Positions 10,259-24,308 of a stretch of DNA of 60,950 bases are shown in pieces. The notes below the pieces were generated by a model. That model had not been told where the DNA came from. It saw only the letters and a list, made by a program, of their open reading frames with translations, and made no database searches. This DNA is from Alphaproteobacteria bacterium (GTDB lineage Bacteria; Pseudomonadota; Alphaproteobacteria; SP197). Every line of letters begins with the position of its first letter. The first letter of the stretch is position 1. The stretch is from the NCBI GenBank assembly GCA_028277285.1, contig JANQGO010000162.1, forward strand, positions 1-60,950, given 5' to 3'. The position numbers and the translations under genes were made by a program.

Positions 10259-10284
10259 GGGCCGGAACGGTGGATAACCGGCCC
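10259..10284 (-). terminator. possible terminator hairpin downstream of gltB
   Basis: A 7-bp stem gggccgg/ccggccc with a 12-nt loop lies about 70 nt after the gltB stop. On the minus strand it is followed by tgttcg, a weak U-tract. Confidence 0.3.
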
Positions 10285-10354
10285 AATTGTGACGCTTGCC
10301 GGCTAGATCGGTCTCCGCTCACGCGGATGCCGCGCCAATCAGAACGGTAACGCC

Positions 10355-14887
<4,533 letters not shown>

Positions 14888-14897
14888 GGCGTTCCCC

Positions 14898-16346
14898 TTA
14901 GCCTGCGGCCCGCAACGATGCGGCGTCGGCGCCGACCTTGGCCTGCAGATATTGATGAATGCCTTCTGCCGCGTCGCGCCCGTCGCGCACGGCCCACACG
15001 ACGAGCGAGGCGCCCCGCACGATGTCGCCCGCCGCGAACACGCCATCCAGGTTCGTCGCGCCGGTCGCCAGCTGGGACTTCACCGTACCCCAGCGAGTCG
15101 TCACCAGATCGGGCACATCGAACTGCGCGGGAATGTCGTCGGGATCGAAGCCGAGCGCTTTCAGGACAAGCTGGGCGTCGAGACGGTACTCCGAGCCGGG
15201 CACCGGCTGGGGCGTCAGCCGCCCGCTTGAGTCCGGTTCGCCGAGCCGCATCTTGACCGCGCGCACGGCGTCGACATGACCGTCACCCTGGAACGCCTCG
15301 GGCAGCGCCAGGAACTCGAAGGTCACGCCCTCTTCCATGGCATAGGCGACCTCGCGCTGGCTGCCGGGCATGTTGCCGCGGTCGCGCCGGTAAAGGCAGG
15401 TCACCGCGTTGGCGCCCTGACGCACCGCCGTGCGCACGCAGTCCATCGCGGTGTCGCCGCCACCGATGACGACAACGTCTTTGCCGGCCGCGTTCAACGC
15501 ACCGCTGTCGAACGCCGGGACCGCATCGCCCAGGCCTTTGCGGTTGCTGGCGATCAGGTAATCGAGTGCCGGCACGATGCCGTCCAAACCGACACCGGGC
15601 GCCTTGATGTCGCGTGCCGTATAGACGCCGGTCGCGATCAGCACGGCGTCGTGGCGCTCCCGCAGGTCGGCGAATGACACGTCACGGCCGACATCGGTGT
15701 TGGGGTGAAGACTGACGCCGCCCTCGGCCAACAGGTCGACGCGGCGCGCAACGACATGTTTCTCCAGCTTGAAGTTGGGAATGCCGTAAACCATCAGACC
15801 GCCCAGGCGGTCGTGCCGGTCGTAGAGCGCCACCTGGTAGCCACGCCGGCGCAGCATTTCGGCCGCCGCCATGCCGGCGGGCCCGGCACCGATGATGCCG
15901 ACCGACTGCTCGCGCTCGCGCCGCGGGCTGGGTGGCTTGACCCAGCCGTTCGCGAAGGCGGTTTCGGTGATGTACTTCTCGACCGAACCGATGGTGACGG
16001 AATCAAACCCCTTCTCGATGACGCAATTGCCTTCGCACAAGCGGTCCTGGGGGCAGATGCGGCCACAGATTTCCGGGAAGTTGTTGGTCGCCGAAGCGAC
16101 CTCATAGGCCTCCTCGAGCCGGTCCTCGGCGGTCAGCATCAGCCAGTCGGGGATGTTGTTGTGCAGCGGGCAATGCACCTGGCAGAACGGAATGCCGCAC
16201 TGGGAGCAACGCGACGCCTGTTCCGCGGCGAACTCGCTCTGGAATTCGTCGAAGATTTCCTCGAAGTCGTCGCGCCGCTCGCTGGCGTCGCGCTTGGGTG
16301 GCCGGCGCTGCGCCGTATCCACGAATTTCAGCAGTTTCGCTGACAT
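14898..16346 (-). CDS. gltD: glutamate synthase small subunit (NADPH)
   Basis: 482 aa. Fe-S cysteine clusters CSQCGIPFCQVHCP and CGRICPQDRLCEGNC. Two dinucleotide folds, GIIGAGPAG and VVVIGGGDTAMD. Its stop lies 10 nt upstream of the gltB start. Confidence 0.95.
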   Translation of the reverse strand: MSAKLLKFVDTAQRRPPKRDASERRDDFEEIFDEFQSEFAAEQASRCSQCGIPFCQVHCPLHNNIPDWLMLTAEDRLEEAYEVASATNNFPEICGRICPQDRLCEGNCVIEKGFDSVTIGSVEKYITETAFANGWVKPPSPRREREQSVGIIGAGPAGMAAAEMLRRRGYQVALYDRHDRLGGLMVYGIPNFKLEKHVVARRVDLLAEGGVSLHPNTDVGRDVSFADLRERHDAVLIATGVYTARDIKAPGVGLDGIVPALDYLIASNRKGLGDAVPAFDSGALNAAGKDVVVIGGGDTAMDCVRTAVRQGANAVTCLYRRDRGNMPGSQREVAYAMEEGVTFEFLALPEAFQGDGHVDAVRAVKMRLGEPDSSGRLTPQPVPGSEYRLDAQLVLKALGFDPDDIPAQFDVPDLVTTRWGTVKSQLATGATNLDGVFAAGDIVRGASLVVWAVRDGRDAAEGIHQYLQAKVGADAASLRAAG

Positions 16347-16603
16347 CGCAATCCCCTGGGATGGCCCCGCCGTAGGGCCGGACGGGGTCTATAGGTCAAA
16401 ACAGCGGGCAGTGCGAGGGAAATCGACCATTTAGGACAGAATACTTGTCTTAAAGGAATCTGACTTTTCACAATTCCATAATGGGCGCCGGAATTCGCAG
16501 CTCAGGTCCGGCTCTTTAGGTCTATAATACTTACCTATTTATTCCCCACCTATCCACCGCAGGGGGGTGCTAGGATGGCCGCGCAGCCGGTCGGAGGGCG
16601 CGT
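16347..16603. promoter_or_regulatory. AT-rich divergent intergenic region (gltDB / uppP promoters presumed)
   Basis: This is the only clearly AT-rich non-coding stretch in this part of the window. It contains a perfect TATAAT at 16523-16528. No -35 element or operator could be assigned with confidence. Confidence 0.3.
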
Positions 16604-17392
16604 TTGACACTATTCCAGCTTGCGGTGCTGGCGGTTATCCAGGGTATCACCGAGTTTCTGCCCATCAGCTCCTCAGGCCACCTGATCCTGGTTCCCGAAC
16701 TGACCAGTTGGCCCGATCAAGGGCTGCTGATCGACGTTGCCGTCCACGCGGGCTCCCTGCTGGCGGTGGTGCTCTATTTCATACGCGACATCTGGCAGCT
16801 CACACGCGGCCTGGTGGCGCGCGGCAGCGCCAGCACCCGGCCCCAGGTCGGCATGCTGATCGCCGCGACCATCCCCGTCGGTATCGCCGGCTTCGCCCTG
16901 CACGAGGTCGGTCAGGAGAACCTGCGCGATCCCCAGGTCATCGCCTGGGCTACCATCATCTTCGGCATCCTGCTCTATGTCGCCGACCGCGTCGGCATGA
17001 CGCTGCGCCGCATGGAACACATGACATGGGGCGCGGCGATGACGATCGGCTTCGCCCAGGTCCTGGCGCTGATCCCCGGCACCAGCCGTTCGGGCATCAC
17101 CATGACCGCCGCCCGGATGCTGGGTTTCGAACGCGCCGATGCCGCGCGCTTCTCCATGCTGTTGTCAATCCCGGTCATCCTGGCGGCCGGCCTGCTTGCC
17201 GGGATCGACCTCTACAAAGCCGGCGACGCCAGCTTGACCACCGCCGCGCTGGTCGCCGGCGGCCTGGCCTTCGTCGCCGCCTATATCGCGATCTGGGGCC
17301 TGATGGCGTGGCTGCGCCGCGCGAGCTTCACGCCCTTTGTCATCTATCGCCTGGTGCTCGGCACCGGCCTGCTGATCTGGATCTATACCTGA
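16604..17392 (+). CDS. uppP: undecaprenyl-diphosphate phosphatase
   Basis: 262 aa, TTG start. It has the BacA/UppP signature VIQGITEFLPISSSGHL and a later PGTSRSG motif, and is polytopic. Confidence 0.92.
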   Translation: MTLFQLAVLAVIQGITEFLPISSSGHLILVPELTSWPDQGLLIDVAVHAGSLLAVVLYFIRDIWQLTRGLVARGSASTRPQVGMLIAATIPVGIAGFALHEVGQENLRDPQVIAWATIIFGILLYVADRVGMTLRRMEHMTWGAAMTIGFAQVLALIPGTSRSGITMTAARMLGFERADAARFSMLLSIPVILAAGLLAGIDLYKAGDASLTTAALVAGGLAFVAAYIAIWGLMAWLRRASFTPFVIYRLVLGTGLLIWIYT

Positions 17393-17420
17393 GCCACCCG
17401 CGGCTTCGGCCTGGACGGCC

Positions 17421-18371
17421 CTAACCGAATTTGGGCCGGCCCTTAAGGCCGCCGCGCCGGTATTGGGCGAGGTAGGTCGGCACGATCACCTCGACGGTCG
17501 TCGGGTTGATGCCCAGTTCCGCCAGCCCCGGCTTGTCGCCCGTCACCACGTTGTCGATCTGCATCAAGCGCACCTGGTCCGGCGTCACCAGGGGCACCGG
17601 CATGAACTGCAGGAATAGCGCCTGCAGGTGGGCGACCGCATAGGGCAGCGGCAGCAGCGCGCAACGGCGCCGTGTCTCGCGCACGACGATCTTCATGAGG
17701 TCGCGGAAGCTGTAGACGGTGGGTCCACCGAGTTCGAAGGTCTGCCCCCGCGTCGCCGGATCGTCCAGACAGGCAACGATGGCCGAGGCGACATCGCAGA
17801 CATAGACCGGCTGGAACCGTGTCTTGCCGCCGCCGAAGAGCGGCAGAAACGGCGACAGCACCGCCAGCTTGGCGAACAGGTTGAAGAACCCGTCCTCGGG
17901 CCCGAAGACGATGCTGGGCCGGATGATCGTCGCGGCCGGAAAGGTCTCGGAGACAATCTTCTCGGCCATCGCCTTCGATTTCGCGTAGGTCGACGGCGAG
18001 CTTTCCGAGGCGCCGATCGCCGAAATCTGGATCAGACGCTCCACACCGTGGGTCTTGGCCGCGTTGGCGATATGGCGCGCCGCCTCCACATGGGTGCGCG
18101 CGAAGTTCTGTCGCCCGCGCTCATAGAGAATCCCGACCAGGTTGATGACCGCCTCGGAGCCATGGATGGCCGCGTCGACCGACGCCTGGTCACCGACATT
18201 GGCGGCAACCGGGACGATCTGGCCGACATCGCCAAGCGGTTTCAAGAACAGGGCCGCTTCCGGGTCGCGGCCCGCGACGACGATACGCCAGCCGTCGTCG
18301 GCCAAGCGCTGGACGACATAGCGTCCGATGAAGCCGGAACCGCCGAAGATCGTGATCTGACGTGGAACCAT
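17421..18371 (-). CDS. complex I NDUFA9-like NAD(P)H-binding SDR family protein
   Basis: Trimmed to MVPRQITIFGGSGFIGRYVV (ATG 18369-18371, preceded by GGAGA). It has an atypical-SDR Rossmann motif GGSGFIG and a length of ~316 aa. Confidence 0.82.
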   Translation of the reverse strand: MVPRQITIFGGSGFIGRYVVQRLADDGWRIVVAGRDPEAALFLKPLGDVGQIVPVAANVGDQASVDAAIHGSEAVINLVGILYERGRQNFARTHVEAARHIANAAKTHGVERLIQISAIGASESSPSTYAKSKAMAEKIVSETFPAATIIRPSIVFGPEDGFFNLFAKLAVLSPFLPLFGGGKTRFQPVYVCDVASAIVACLDDPATRGQTFELGGPTVYSFRDLMKIVVRETRRRCALLPLPYAVAHLQALFLQFMPVPLVTPDQVRLMQIDNVVTGDKPGLAELGINPTTVEVIVPTYLAQYRRGGLKGRPKFG

Positions 18372-18490
18372 AGGTTTCTCCAGGCGCGGGCGCTGCCGCG
18401 TGGCGCGCATACTATCGCCGGATTCGGGTCAGGCAAGCGCGCACGAAGCCGTTGACAGCGACGGGCCGTGCGCATAGTGACACACCCCGA

Positions 18491-18577
18491 GCCCAGGTGG
18501 CGGAATTGGTAGACGCGCAGGTTTCAGGTACCTGTGGGGGAAACCCCGTGGAAGTTCGAGTCTTCTCCTGGGCACCA
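18491..18577 (+). tRNA. tRNA-Leu (anticodon CAG), CCA encoded
   Basis: Folded by hand. The acceptor GCCCAGG pairs with CCTGGGC. The anticodon stem is CAGGT/ACCTG with loop TTCAGGT, giving anticodon CAG. It has a long variable arm (GGGGGAAACCCC), a T-arm GAAGT-TCGAGTC-TTCTC, and ends in A-CCA. Confidence 0.93.
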
Positions 18578-18644
18578 AGTTCTCGGATCGTGCGCCAAGG
18601 TGGCGCGATCACAGGCCGGCATCCTGCGGCAGAACGGTTCCTTT

Positions 18645-19256
18645 ATGGCGCATATTCTCTATCAAGGTGACTTGCCGGACGATCTCGACCTCGGCCCGGT
18701 CGTCGCCATCGATACGGAAACCATGGGGCTTGATCTCAGCCGCGACCGGCTGTGTCTGGTGCAGCTATCGTCAGGCGACGGCAACGCCCACCTCGTCCAG
18801 TTCAAGAAAGGCGAGTATGACGCGCCCAATCTGAGCGCGCTGTGCACCAACCCGGATGTCCTGAAACTCTTTCATTTCGCCCGTTTCGACCTGGCCGCGC
18901 TGTATCGTTACCTGGGCATCGTTTGCGCCCCGGTCTACTGCACCAAGATCGCCTCGAAGTTCGTGCGCACCTTTACCGATCGGCACGGTTTGAAGGATCT
19001 GTGCAAGGAGCTTCTGGACGTCGATATCTCCAAGCAGCAGCAGAGCTCGGACTGGGGTGCCAAAGAGCTCACCAACGATCAGTTGAAGTACGCGGCGTCG
19101 GATGTGCTGCACCTCCACCGTTTAAGGGAACGACTGGACGAAATGTTGGTCAGGGAGGGACGTGACGGCTTGGCGAAGGCATGTTTTGATTTCCTGCCCT
19201 ATCGCGCCCAGCTCGATCTCTTGAACTGGGACGAGCCGGACATCTTTTCTCACTGA
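18645..19256 (+). CDS. rnd: 3'-5' exonuclease / short-form ribonuclease D
   Basis: Trimmed to MAHILYQGDLP.. (ATG 18645). It has the DEDD motifs VAIDTETMGL, ..KLFHFARFDL.. and YAASDVLHL. The upstream part of the track ORF overlaps the tRNA. Confidence 0.85.
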   Translation: MAHILYQGDLPDDLDLGPVVAIDTETMGLDLSRDRLCLVQLSSGDGNAHLVQFKKGEYDAPNLSALCTNPDVLKLFHFARFDLAALYRYLGIVCAPVYCTKIASKFVRTFTDRHGLKDLCKELLDVDISKQQQSSDWGAKELTNDQLKYAASDVLHLHRLRERLDEMLVREGRDGLAKACFDFLPYRAQLDLLNWDEPDIFSH

Positions 19257-19310
19257 TCAAAGGGCAGGGCTTGCGCCGGTTACCGGCGGCCCCACCTATG
19301 TGGTAAGTTA

Positions 19311-20045
19311 TTGAAACAAAAAGACGCGCTGCGCTTTTCGGGAGGCTGCCACGCCCCCCGGTTCGGAGTGATTGTGACGACAGAGCAGATTGATAGCCGC
19401 CAGGCTGGCTCACACGGCTGGGTGGTAACGCCCAATGTCCGCCGTGCCCGTCTGACCGGCGGCTACAGCCGTTTTGTCGGCTTTATGCGTTGGTCGCTGC
19501 CGATTGGCGCCGTGGCGCTGGCCGCTGCATTGATTGCATGGCCCTACTTGGAATCGCGCGATCAGGGCTTCACCTTGATGATGTCGGACCTTGAGGTCGA
19601 CGACGCCGGACGCCTTGTCATGGATAACGCCCGTTTTCTGGGCACCGACGACAAGGGCCAGCCCTATACGGTTACCGCGATCGCGGCCTGGCAGGACCCC
19701 AACGAGGACGAAATCATCAATCTGGAGACGCTGCAGGGCGACATCACCCTGCAGTCCGGTGCCTGGATCGCGGTCAGCGCGGCGACCGGACGTTATGACC
19801 GGCCGGCCGAAAGGCTGATCCTGGAGCGCGATGTCAGCGTGTTCACCGATGAAGGTTATGAGCTTCATACCGAGATCGCCGAATTTGACCTGAGTAAGGG
19901 TACCGGTTGGGGCGACAAACCGGTCTCCGGTCAGGGCCCGGCAGGCTTGCTGGAAGCCCAGGGCTTTCGCATGTCCGAAGGGGACGGCAAGCTCCACTTT
20001 GTCGGCCCGGTCCACATGACGCTGTTCCCCGGAGCCGCCGAATGA
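19311..20045 (+). CDS. lptC: LPS export system protein LptC (start uncertain; GTG 19368/19374 are alternatives)
   Basis: It has a single N-terminal TM (WSLPIGAVALAAALIAWPY) followed by a beta-jellyroll-type region. It lies directly upstream of lptA-lptB, with an ATGA overlap to lptA. Confidence 0.75.
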   Translation: MKQKDALRFSGGCHAPRFGVIVTTEQIDSRQAGSHGWVVTPNVRRARLTGGYSRFVGFMRWSLPIGAVALAAALIAWPYLESRDQGFTLMMSDLEVDDAGRLVMDNARFLGTDDKGQPYTVTAIAAWQDPNEDEIINLETLQGDITLQSGAWIAVSAATGRYDRPAERLILERDVSVFTDEGYELHTEIAEFDLSKGTGWGDKPVSGQGPAGLLEAQGFRMSEGDGKLHFVGPVHMTLFPGAAE

Positions 20046-20566
20046 AGCAGACATTCGCAGGCCTGACACTGGGCGCGCTGCTGTTCGCCGCGCCGGTTTA
20101 TGCACAGGTTGTCGATTCAGGATCCCACGACACGTCGCTGCCGATCGCCATCACGGCCGACGCCATGGAGGTCGAGCAGGAATCCCAGCGGGCGATTTTC
20201 CTGGGCGCGGTCGACGTCGAGCAAGGCGATCTGCGGCTCAAAGCCGATGAGCTGATCGTCTATTACCGCGACAAGGAAGCCCAGGACGACAACGCGATCT
20301 ACCGCATCGAGGTGACCGGCAACGTGACATTCGCCGCGCCAAACGAGACTGCAAAAGGCGACATAGGAGTCTATGATGTCGATGTCGGTACCATCACACT
20401 GTCGGGCAATGTCGTGCTGACCAGCGGCGATAACGTCATCCGTGGCAACGAAGCCATCATGCATCTGGAAACGGGCAAGAGCGAAGTGCGCGGCGGCGCC
20501 GGCGGCGATGGCCGCGTCGAGGGCTTGTTCGTGCCCGACAAGTCCGAGGAGGAGGGAACGGAATGA
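20042..20566 (+). CDS. lptA: LPS transport periplasmic protein LptA
   Basis: Trimmed to MKQTFAGLTLGALLFAAPVYAQ, a signal peptide. It has an OstA-like repeat pattern (IAITADAMEV...AIFLGAVDVEQGDLRLKADELIVYY...). Its stop overlaps the lptB ATG. Confidence 0.85.
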   Translation: MKQTFAGLTLGALLFAAPVYAQVVDSGSHDTSLPIAITADAMEVEQESQRAIFLGAVDVEQGDLRLKADELIVYYRDKEAQDDNAIYRIEVTGNVTFAAPNETAKGDIGVYDVDVGTITLSGNVVLTSGDNVIRGNEAIMHLETGKSEVRGGAGGDGRVEGLFVPDKSEEEGTE

Positions 20567-21351
20567 CCGACTCTTCGTTGACCACCCTGACGCAAGCCGC
20601 CAACGCCGGGCCGCAGCTCGTCACCGACAATATCGGGCTGGTGGCCGAGAACCTGGGCAAGAGCTATCACAAGCGCCCGGTGCTGCGTGACGTCAGCGTA
20701 AGCGTCGAACGCGGCGAGGCGGTCGGTCTGCTGGGCCCCAACGGCGCCGGCAAGACGACGTGCTTCTATCTGATTACCGGCCTGATCACCGCTGACTCCG
20801 GCACCATCTCGCTGGATGGTGACGACATCACCGAACTGCCGATGTACCGGCGCGCCCGGATGGGTATCGGTTACCTGCCCCAGGAAGCGTCGATCTTTCG
20901 CGGCATGACCGTGGAAGCCAACATCCGCGCCGTGCTCGAAGTCGTCGAAAAGAACCGCGAGATCCGCGAGCACATGCTGGACGAGCTGTTGGCGGAGTTC
21001 TCGATCTCTCATTTGCGCCGCGCGCCCGCCCTGGCGCTGTCCGGCGGTGAGCGGCGGCGTGTCGAGATCGCCCGCGCGCTCGCCTCGCGCCCCAGCTTCA
21101 TGCTGCTGGACGAACCGCTGGCCGGCATCGACCCCATCGCGGTCGGCGAAATCCGCGAACTTGTCTCGCACCTCAAAGATCGCGGCATCGGCGTCCTGAT
21201 CACCGATCACAACGTTCGCGAGACACTGGATATCATTGATCGCGCTTACATCCTCCATGAGGGTACACTGATGATGGAGGGCGCTCCCTCCGAGATTGTC
21301 GCCCACGAGGGCGTCCGTCGAGTCTATCTGGGCGACCGCTTCCAGCTTTAG
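20563..21351 (+). CDS. lptB: LPS export ABC transporter ATP-binding protein
   Basis: Walker A GPNGAGKTT, signature LSGGERRRVEIARAL, Walker B FMLLDEP, and the position between lptA and rpoN. Confidence 0.95.
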   Translation: MTDSSLTTLTQAANAGPQLVTDNIGLVAENLGKSYHKRPVLRDVSVSVERGEAVGLLGPNGAGKTTCFYLITGLITADSGTISLDGDDITELPMYRRARMGIGYLPQEASIFRGMTVEANIRAVLEVVEKNREIREHMLDELLAEFSISHLRRAPALALSGGERRRVEIARALASRPSFMLLDEPLAGIDPIAVGEIRELVSHLKDRGIGVLITDHNVRETLDIIDRAYILHEGTLMMEGAPSEIVAHEGVRRVYLGDRFQL

Positions 21352-21360
21352 GCATTCATC

Positions 21361-22851
21361 ATGGCAATGTCCGCCAAACTCGATCTTCGGCAGTCACAGA
21401 CGCTTGTCATGACGCCGCAGCTGCAGCAGGCCATCAAGCTGCTGCAGCTGTCGAACATCGAGTTGGCGGCGTTTGTCGAACAGGAACTGGAACGCAATCC
21501 GCTCTTGGAGCGCGGCCAACCCGACGCCGAAACCGGCGAAACACAGCCTGAACAAGCAGAGGAACCGCCGGCGGATAACGGCGCCGCGGCAGCCGACTTC
21601 AACAGCACCGAACGGACGACCGGCGAACCCGCCGAAGGCGGTGATGACGTCGCCGAAAGCTCCTACGATTCCAGCCCCTTGTGGCAGGGATCGATGTCCG
21701 GCGGGCGCTTTGACGGCGAGGATCTGGCCGGCGTCGAACAGACCGTCGCCACGACCGCGTCGCTCTACGACCATCTGGCGCGCCAGATCTATCTGGAGAT
21801 CACCGAACCGGCGGAACGGATCGCGGCGACCTACCTGCTCGATCTGCTCGACGAGGCCGGTTACCTGGCGGGCGACCTGGACGAGGCCGCGCGCCACCTG
21901 GGCTGCACGCGCGCCTTCCTGGATCGCGTGGTCGACAAGGTCCAGCACTTCGACCCGCCGGGCATCTTCGCCCGCGACCTCAAGGAGTGCCTGGCACTGC
22001 AGCTGGCCGATCTGAACCGGCTGGACCCGGCCATGCAGGCGCTGCTCGACAATCTCGAACTTGTCGCGCGCCGCGACATGACCGAACTCAAGAAATGCTG
22101 CGGCTGCTCCGACGACGATATCGCCGACATGCTGGGCGAACTGAAGGCGCTCGACCCCAAGCCTGGTCTGGCCTTCGACGCCGAGCCGTCGCAAACCGTC
22201 ATTCCCGACGTCAACGTCAGGCCCAAACAGGGCGGCGGCTGGCAGGTCGAGCTGAACAGCGACACCCTGCCGAAGGTGCTGACCAACCAGCGCTACTACG
22301 CGGAGATCAGCGACGGCGCGCGCAACAAGGCGGACAAGGAGTTTCTTGCCGAGAAGTGGAACTCCGCCAACTGGCTGGTCAAGGCGCTCGACCAGCGCGC
22401 CCGCACCATCCTGCGTGTGGCGCGCGAGATCGTTCGCCAGCAGGACCTGTTCTTGATCAAGGGCGTCGAGCACTTGCGCCCGCTCGTGCTGCGCGACATC
22501 GCCGAGGTTCTGGAACTGCACGAAAGCACCGTCAGCCGCGTCACCAGCAACAAATACATGGCCACGCCGCGCGGTATCTTTGAGTTGAAGTATTTCTTCA
22601 CCGCCTCCATCGGCAGCACCGGTGACGGCCCCGCCCACTCCGCGGAGGCGGTCCGTCACCGTATCAAGGCGCTGATCGACGCCGAACCACCGGATAAGGT
22701 GCTTTCCGATGACGGTCTGGTCGAAATTTTGAAGGCCGACGGCATTGATATCGCCCGGCGCACGGTCGCGAAGTATCGCGAATCCATGCGGATTCCGTCC
22801 TCCGTGCAACGTCGTCGTGACAAGAAAATACACTCAAAATCAAAGAGTTAG
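21361..22851 (+). CDS. rpoN: RNA polymerase sigma-54 factor
   Basis: 496 aa. It has the N-terminal Q-rich region I (LRQSQTLVMTPQLQQAIKLLQLSN), a HTH region, and the RpoN box ARRTVAKYRE. Confidence 0.96.
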   Translation: MAMSAKLDLRQSQTLVMTPQLQQAIKLLQLSNIELAAFVEQELERNPLLERGQPDAETGETQPEQAEEPPADNGAAAADFNSTERTTGEPAEGGDDVAESSYDSSPLWQGSMSGGRFDGEDLAGVEQTVATTASLYDHLARQIYLEITEPAERIAATYLLDLLDEAGYLAGDLDEAARHLGCTRAFLDRVVDKVQHFDPPGIFARDLKECLALQLADLNRLDPAMQALLDNLELVARRDMTELKKCCGCSDDDIADMLGELKALDPKPGLAFDAEPSQTVIPDVNVRPKQGGGWQVELNSDTLPKVLTNQRYYAEISDGARNKADKEFLAEKWNSANWLVKALDQRARTILRVAREIVRQQDLFLIKGVEHLRPLVLRDIAEVLELHESTVSRVTSNKYMATPRGIFELKYFFTASIGSTGDGPAHSAEAVRHRIKALIDAEPPDKVLSDDGLVEILKADGIDIARRTVAKYRESMRIPSSVQRRRDKKIHSKSKS

Positions 22852-23039
22852 GTGCAAAATTCGACCCAACTTGCAACCGCGCTTGAGTCGGGCCACATCC
22901 AGCGTTATATGTGCGCTCCCCAAATTGGGGCCGGGACACCGGGCGGGCGCGCCGGTGTTCTGAGAAGACCGAAGACGACCGGTCGCCCGATGCATCCGCA
23001 TCGACCAGATGACGCTGCGTTTACGACACAGGAACCAAC

Positions 23040-23336
23040 ATGAAGATCGCCGTAACCGGGCATCAGATTGATATTGGCGATGCCCTGAGACAGCACGTGG
23101 CCGAACGTTTGGAACATGGCGTCAGCAAGTACTTCGAGGATGCGATCGAGGCGCACATCCGCTTCTCGCGCGAGGGCAATCTCTATCGCGCGCACGTCTC
23201 GGCCCATGTCGGCAAGGATATCTCCGCCGAAGGCCAGGCCGACGACGCGGACATTTACGCGAGCTTCAACGCCGCGGCCGAACACGTGGAAAAACAACTG
23301 CGGCGCTTCAAGCGCAAACTGCGGGACCATCATTGA
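23040..23336 (+). CDS. hpf: ribosome hibernation promoting factor (short, sigma-54 modulation protein family)
   Basis: 98 aa, MKIAVTGHQIDIGDALRQHVAERL...ADDADIYASFNAAAEHVEKQLRRFKRK. This is the classic S30AE/HPF pattern, and it follows rpoN. Confidence 0.88.
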   Translation: MKIAVTGHQIDIGDALRQHVAERLEHGVSKYFEDAIEAHIRFSREGNLYRAHVSAHVGKDISAEGQADDADIYASFNAAAEHVEKQLRRFKRKLRDHH

Positions 23337-23387
23337 GGTGATGCCCGCCGTTCAAGCATGGCCGGTGGGCTTGCCCAAAGGAAGACC

Positions 23388-23852
23388 ATGGAGATAACCG
23401 ATATTCTGAAGCAAGACGCTGTCGTCGCCCATTTGAAGGCCGGCAGCAAGAAACAAGCGCTTCAGGAATTGGCGCATCACGCCGCCGGTTTGGTCGGCCT
23501 GGATGAGCGCGCGATCTTCGATGCCCTGCTGGAGCGCGAGCGGCTCGGCACGACGGGCGTCGGCCTGGGCATCGCCATTCCGCACGCCAAGATGCCCAAT
23601 CTGGACCGGCTGCACGCGCTCTTCGCGCGGCTCGACACGCCGGTCGATTTCGAGGCGATCGACGAACAGCCGGTCGATCTCATGTTCCTTCTGCTGGCGC
23701 CTGAATCGGCCGGCGCCGATCATCTGAAGGCGCTCGCCCGCGTCTCGCGCCTGCTGCGCAACCAGGTGGTCTGCGAGAAACTGCGCGGCGCCGACAGCGC
23801 CGAGGCGATCTTCGCCCTGCTTTCCGACACCGAGGCCAGCCAGGCCGCCTGA
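23388..23852 (+). CDS. ptsN: PTS IIA-like nitrogen regulatory protein PtsN
   Basis: Trimmed to MEITDIL.. (RBS AAAGGAAG upstream). It has the EIIA(Ntr) active-site region GVGLGIAIPHAK. Confidence 0.9.
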   Translation: MEITDILKQDAVVAHLKAGSKKQALQELAHHAAGLVGLDERAIFDALLERERLGTTGVGLGIAIPHAKMPNLDRLHALFARLDTPVDFEAIDEQPVDLMFLLLAPESAGADHLKALARVSRLLRNQVVCEKLRGADSAEAIFALLSDTEASQAA

Positions 23853-23858
23853 TCCCCG

Positions 23859-24308
23859 ATGTCCTTGATCCATGGCACCTCGATCCTTGTGGCGGGTGCT
23901 GGTGTTTTGCTCCGGGGCCCGTCGGGCAGCGGCAAATCGGATCTGGCGTTTCGCATGATCGAGGCCAGCCAGGCCATTCTGGTGGCCGACGATCAGACCG
24001 ATCTGCGGCCCGTCGACGGCCAGCTCCACGCGGCCTGCCCGTCCAAGCTGGCCGGTCTGATCGAGGTTCGCGGGATCGGTATTCTGCGCCGCCCCCACAG
24101 GACAGAAGTGACGATCGGCCTTGTCATCGACCTTGTCCCCCATGACGAGGTGCCGCGTTTGCCCGATGCCCCGACGACCTCGCTGGAAGGAATCACCCTG
24201 CCGCATGTGAGCCTGTGCGCGTTCGAGGCTTCTGCACCGGCCAAGGTCATGGTGGCCGCCGAGGGTATTGCCGCGGCGCGCAGCAAATCCCGCATCGCCC
24301 ATGTCTAA
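23859..24308 (+). CDS. hprK: HPr kinase/phosphorylase, short kinase-domain-only form
   Basis: 149 aa. It has the P-loop GPSGSGKSDLA and the IEVRGIGI motif. The short form is typical of alphaproteobacteria. Confidence 0.85.
   Translation: MSLIHGTSILVAGAGVLLRGPSGSGKSDLAFRMIEASQAILVADDQTDLRPVDGQLHAACPSKLAGLIEVRGIGILRRPHRTEVTIGLVIDLVPHDEVPRLPDAPTTSLEGITLPHVSLCAFEASAPAKVMVAAEGIAAARSKSRIAHV

Noticed and set aside
18411-18644. tRNA-Leu as a potential integration hotspot for a prophage or island.
   Set aside because: Both flanks are high-GC core genes (NDUFA9-like SDR and rnd). There is no tRNA 3'-end duplication, no integrase and no compositional shift nearby.
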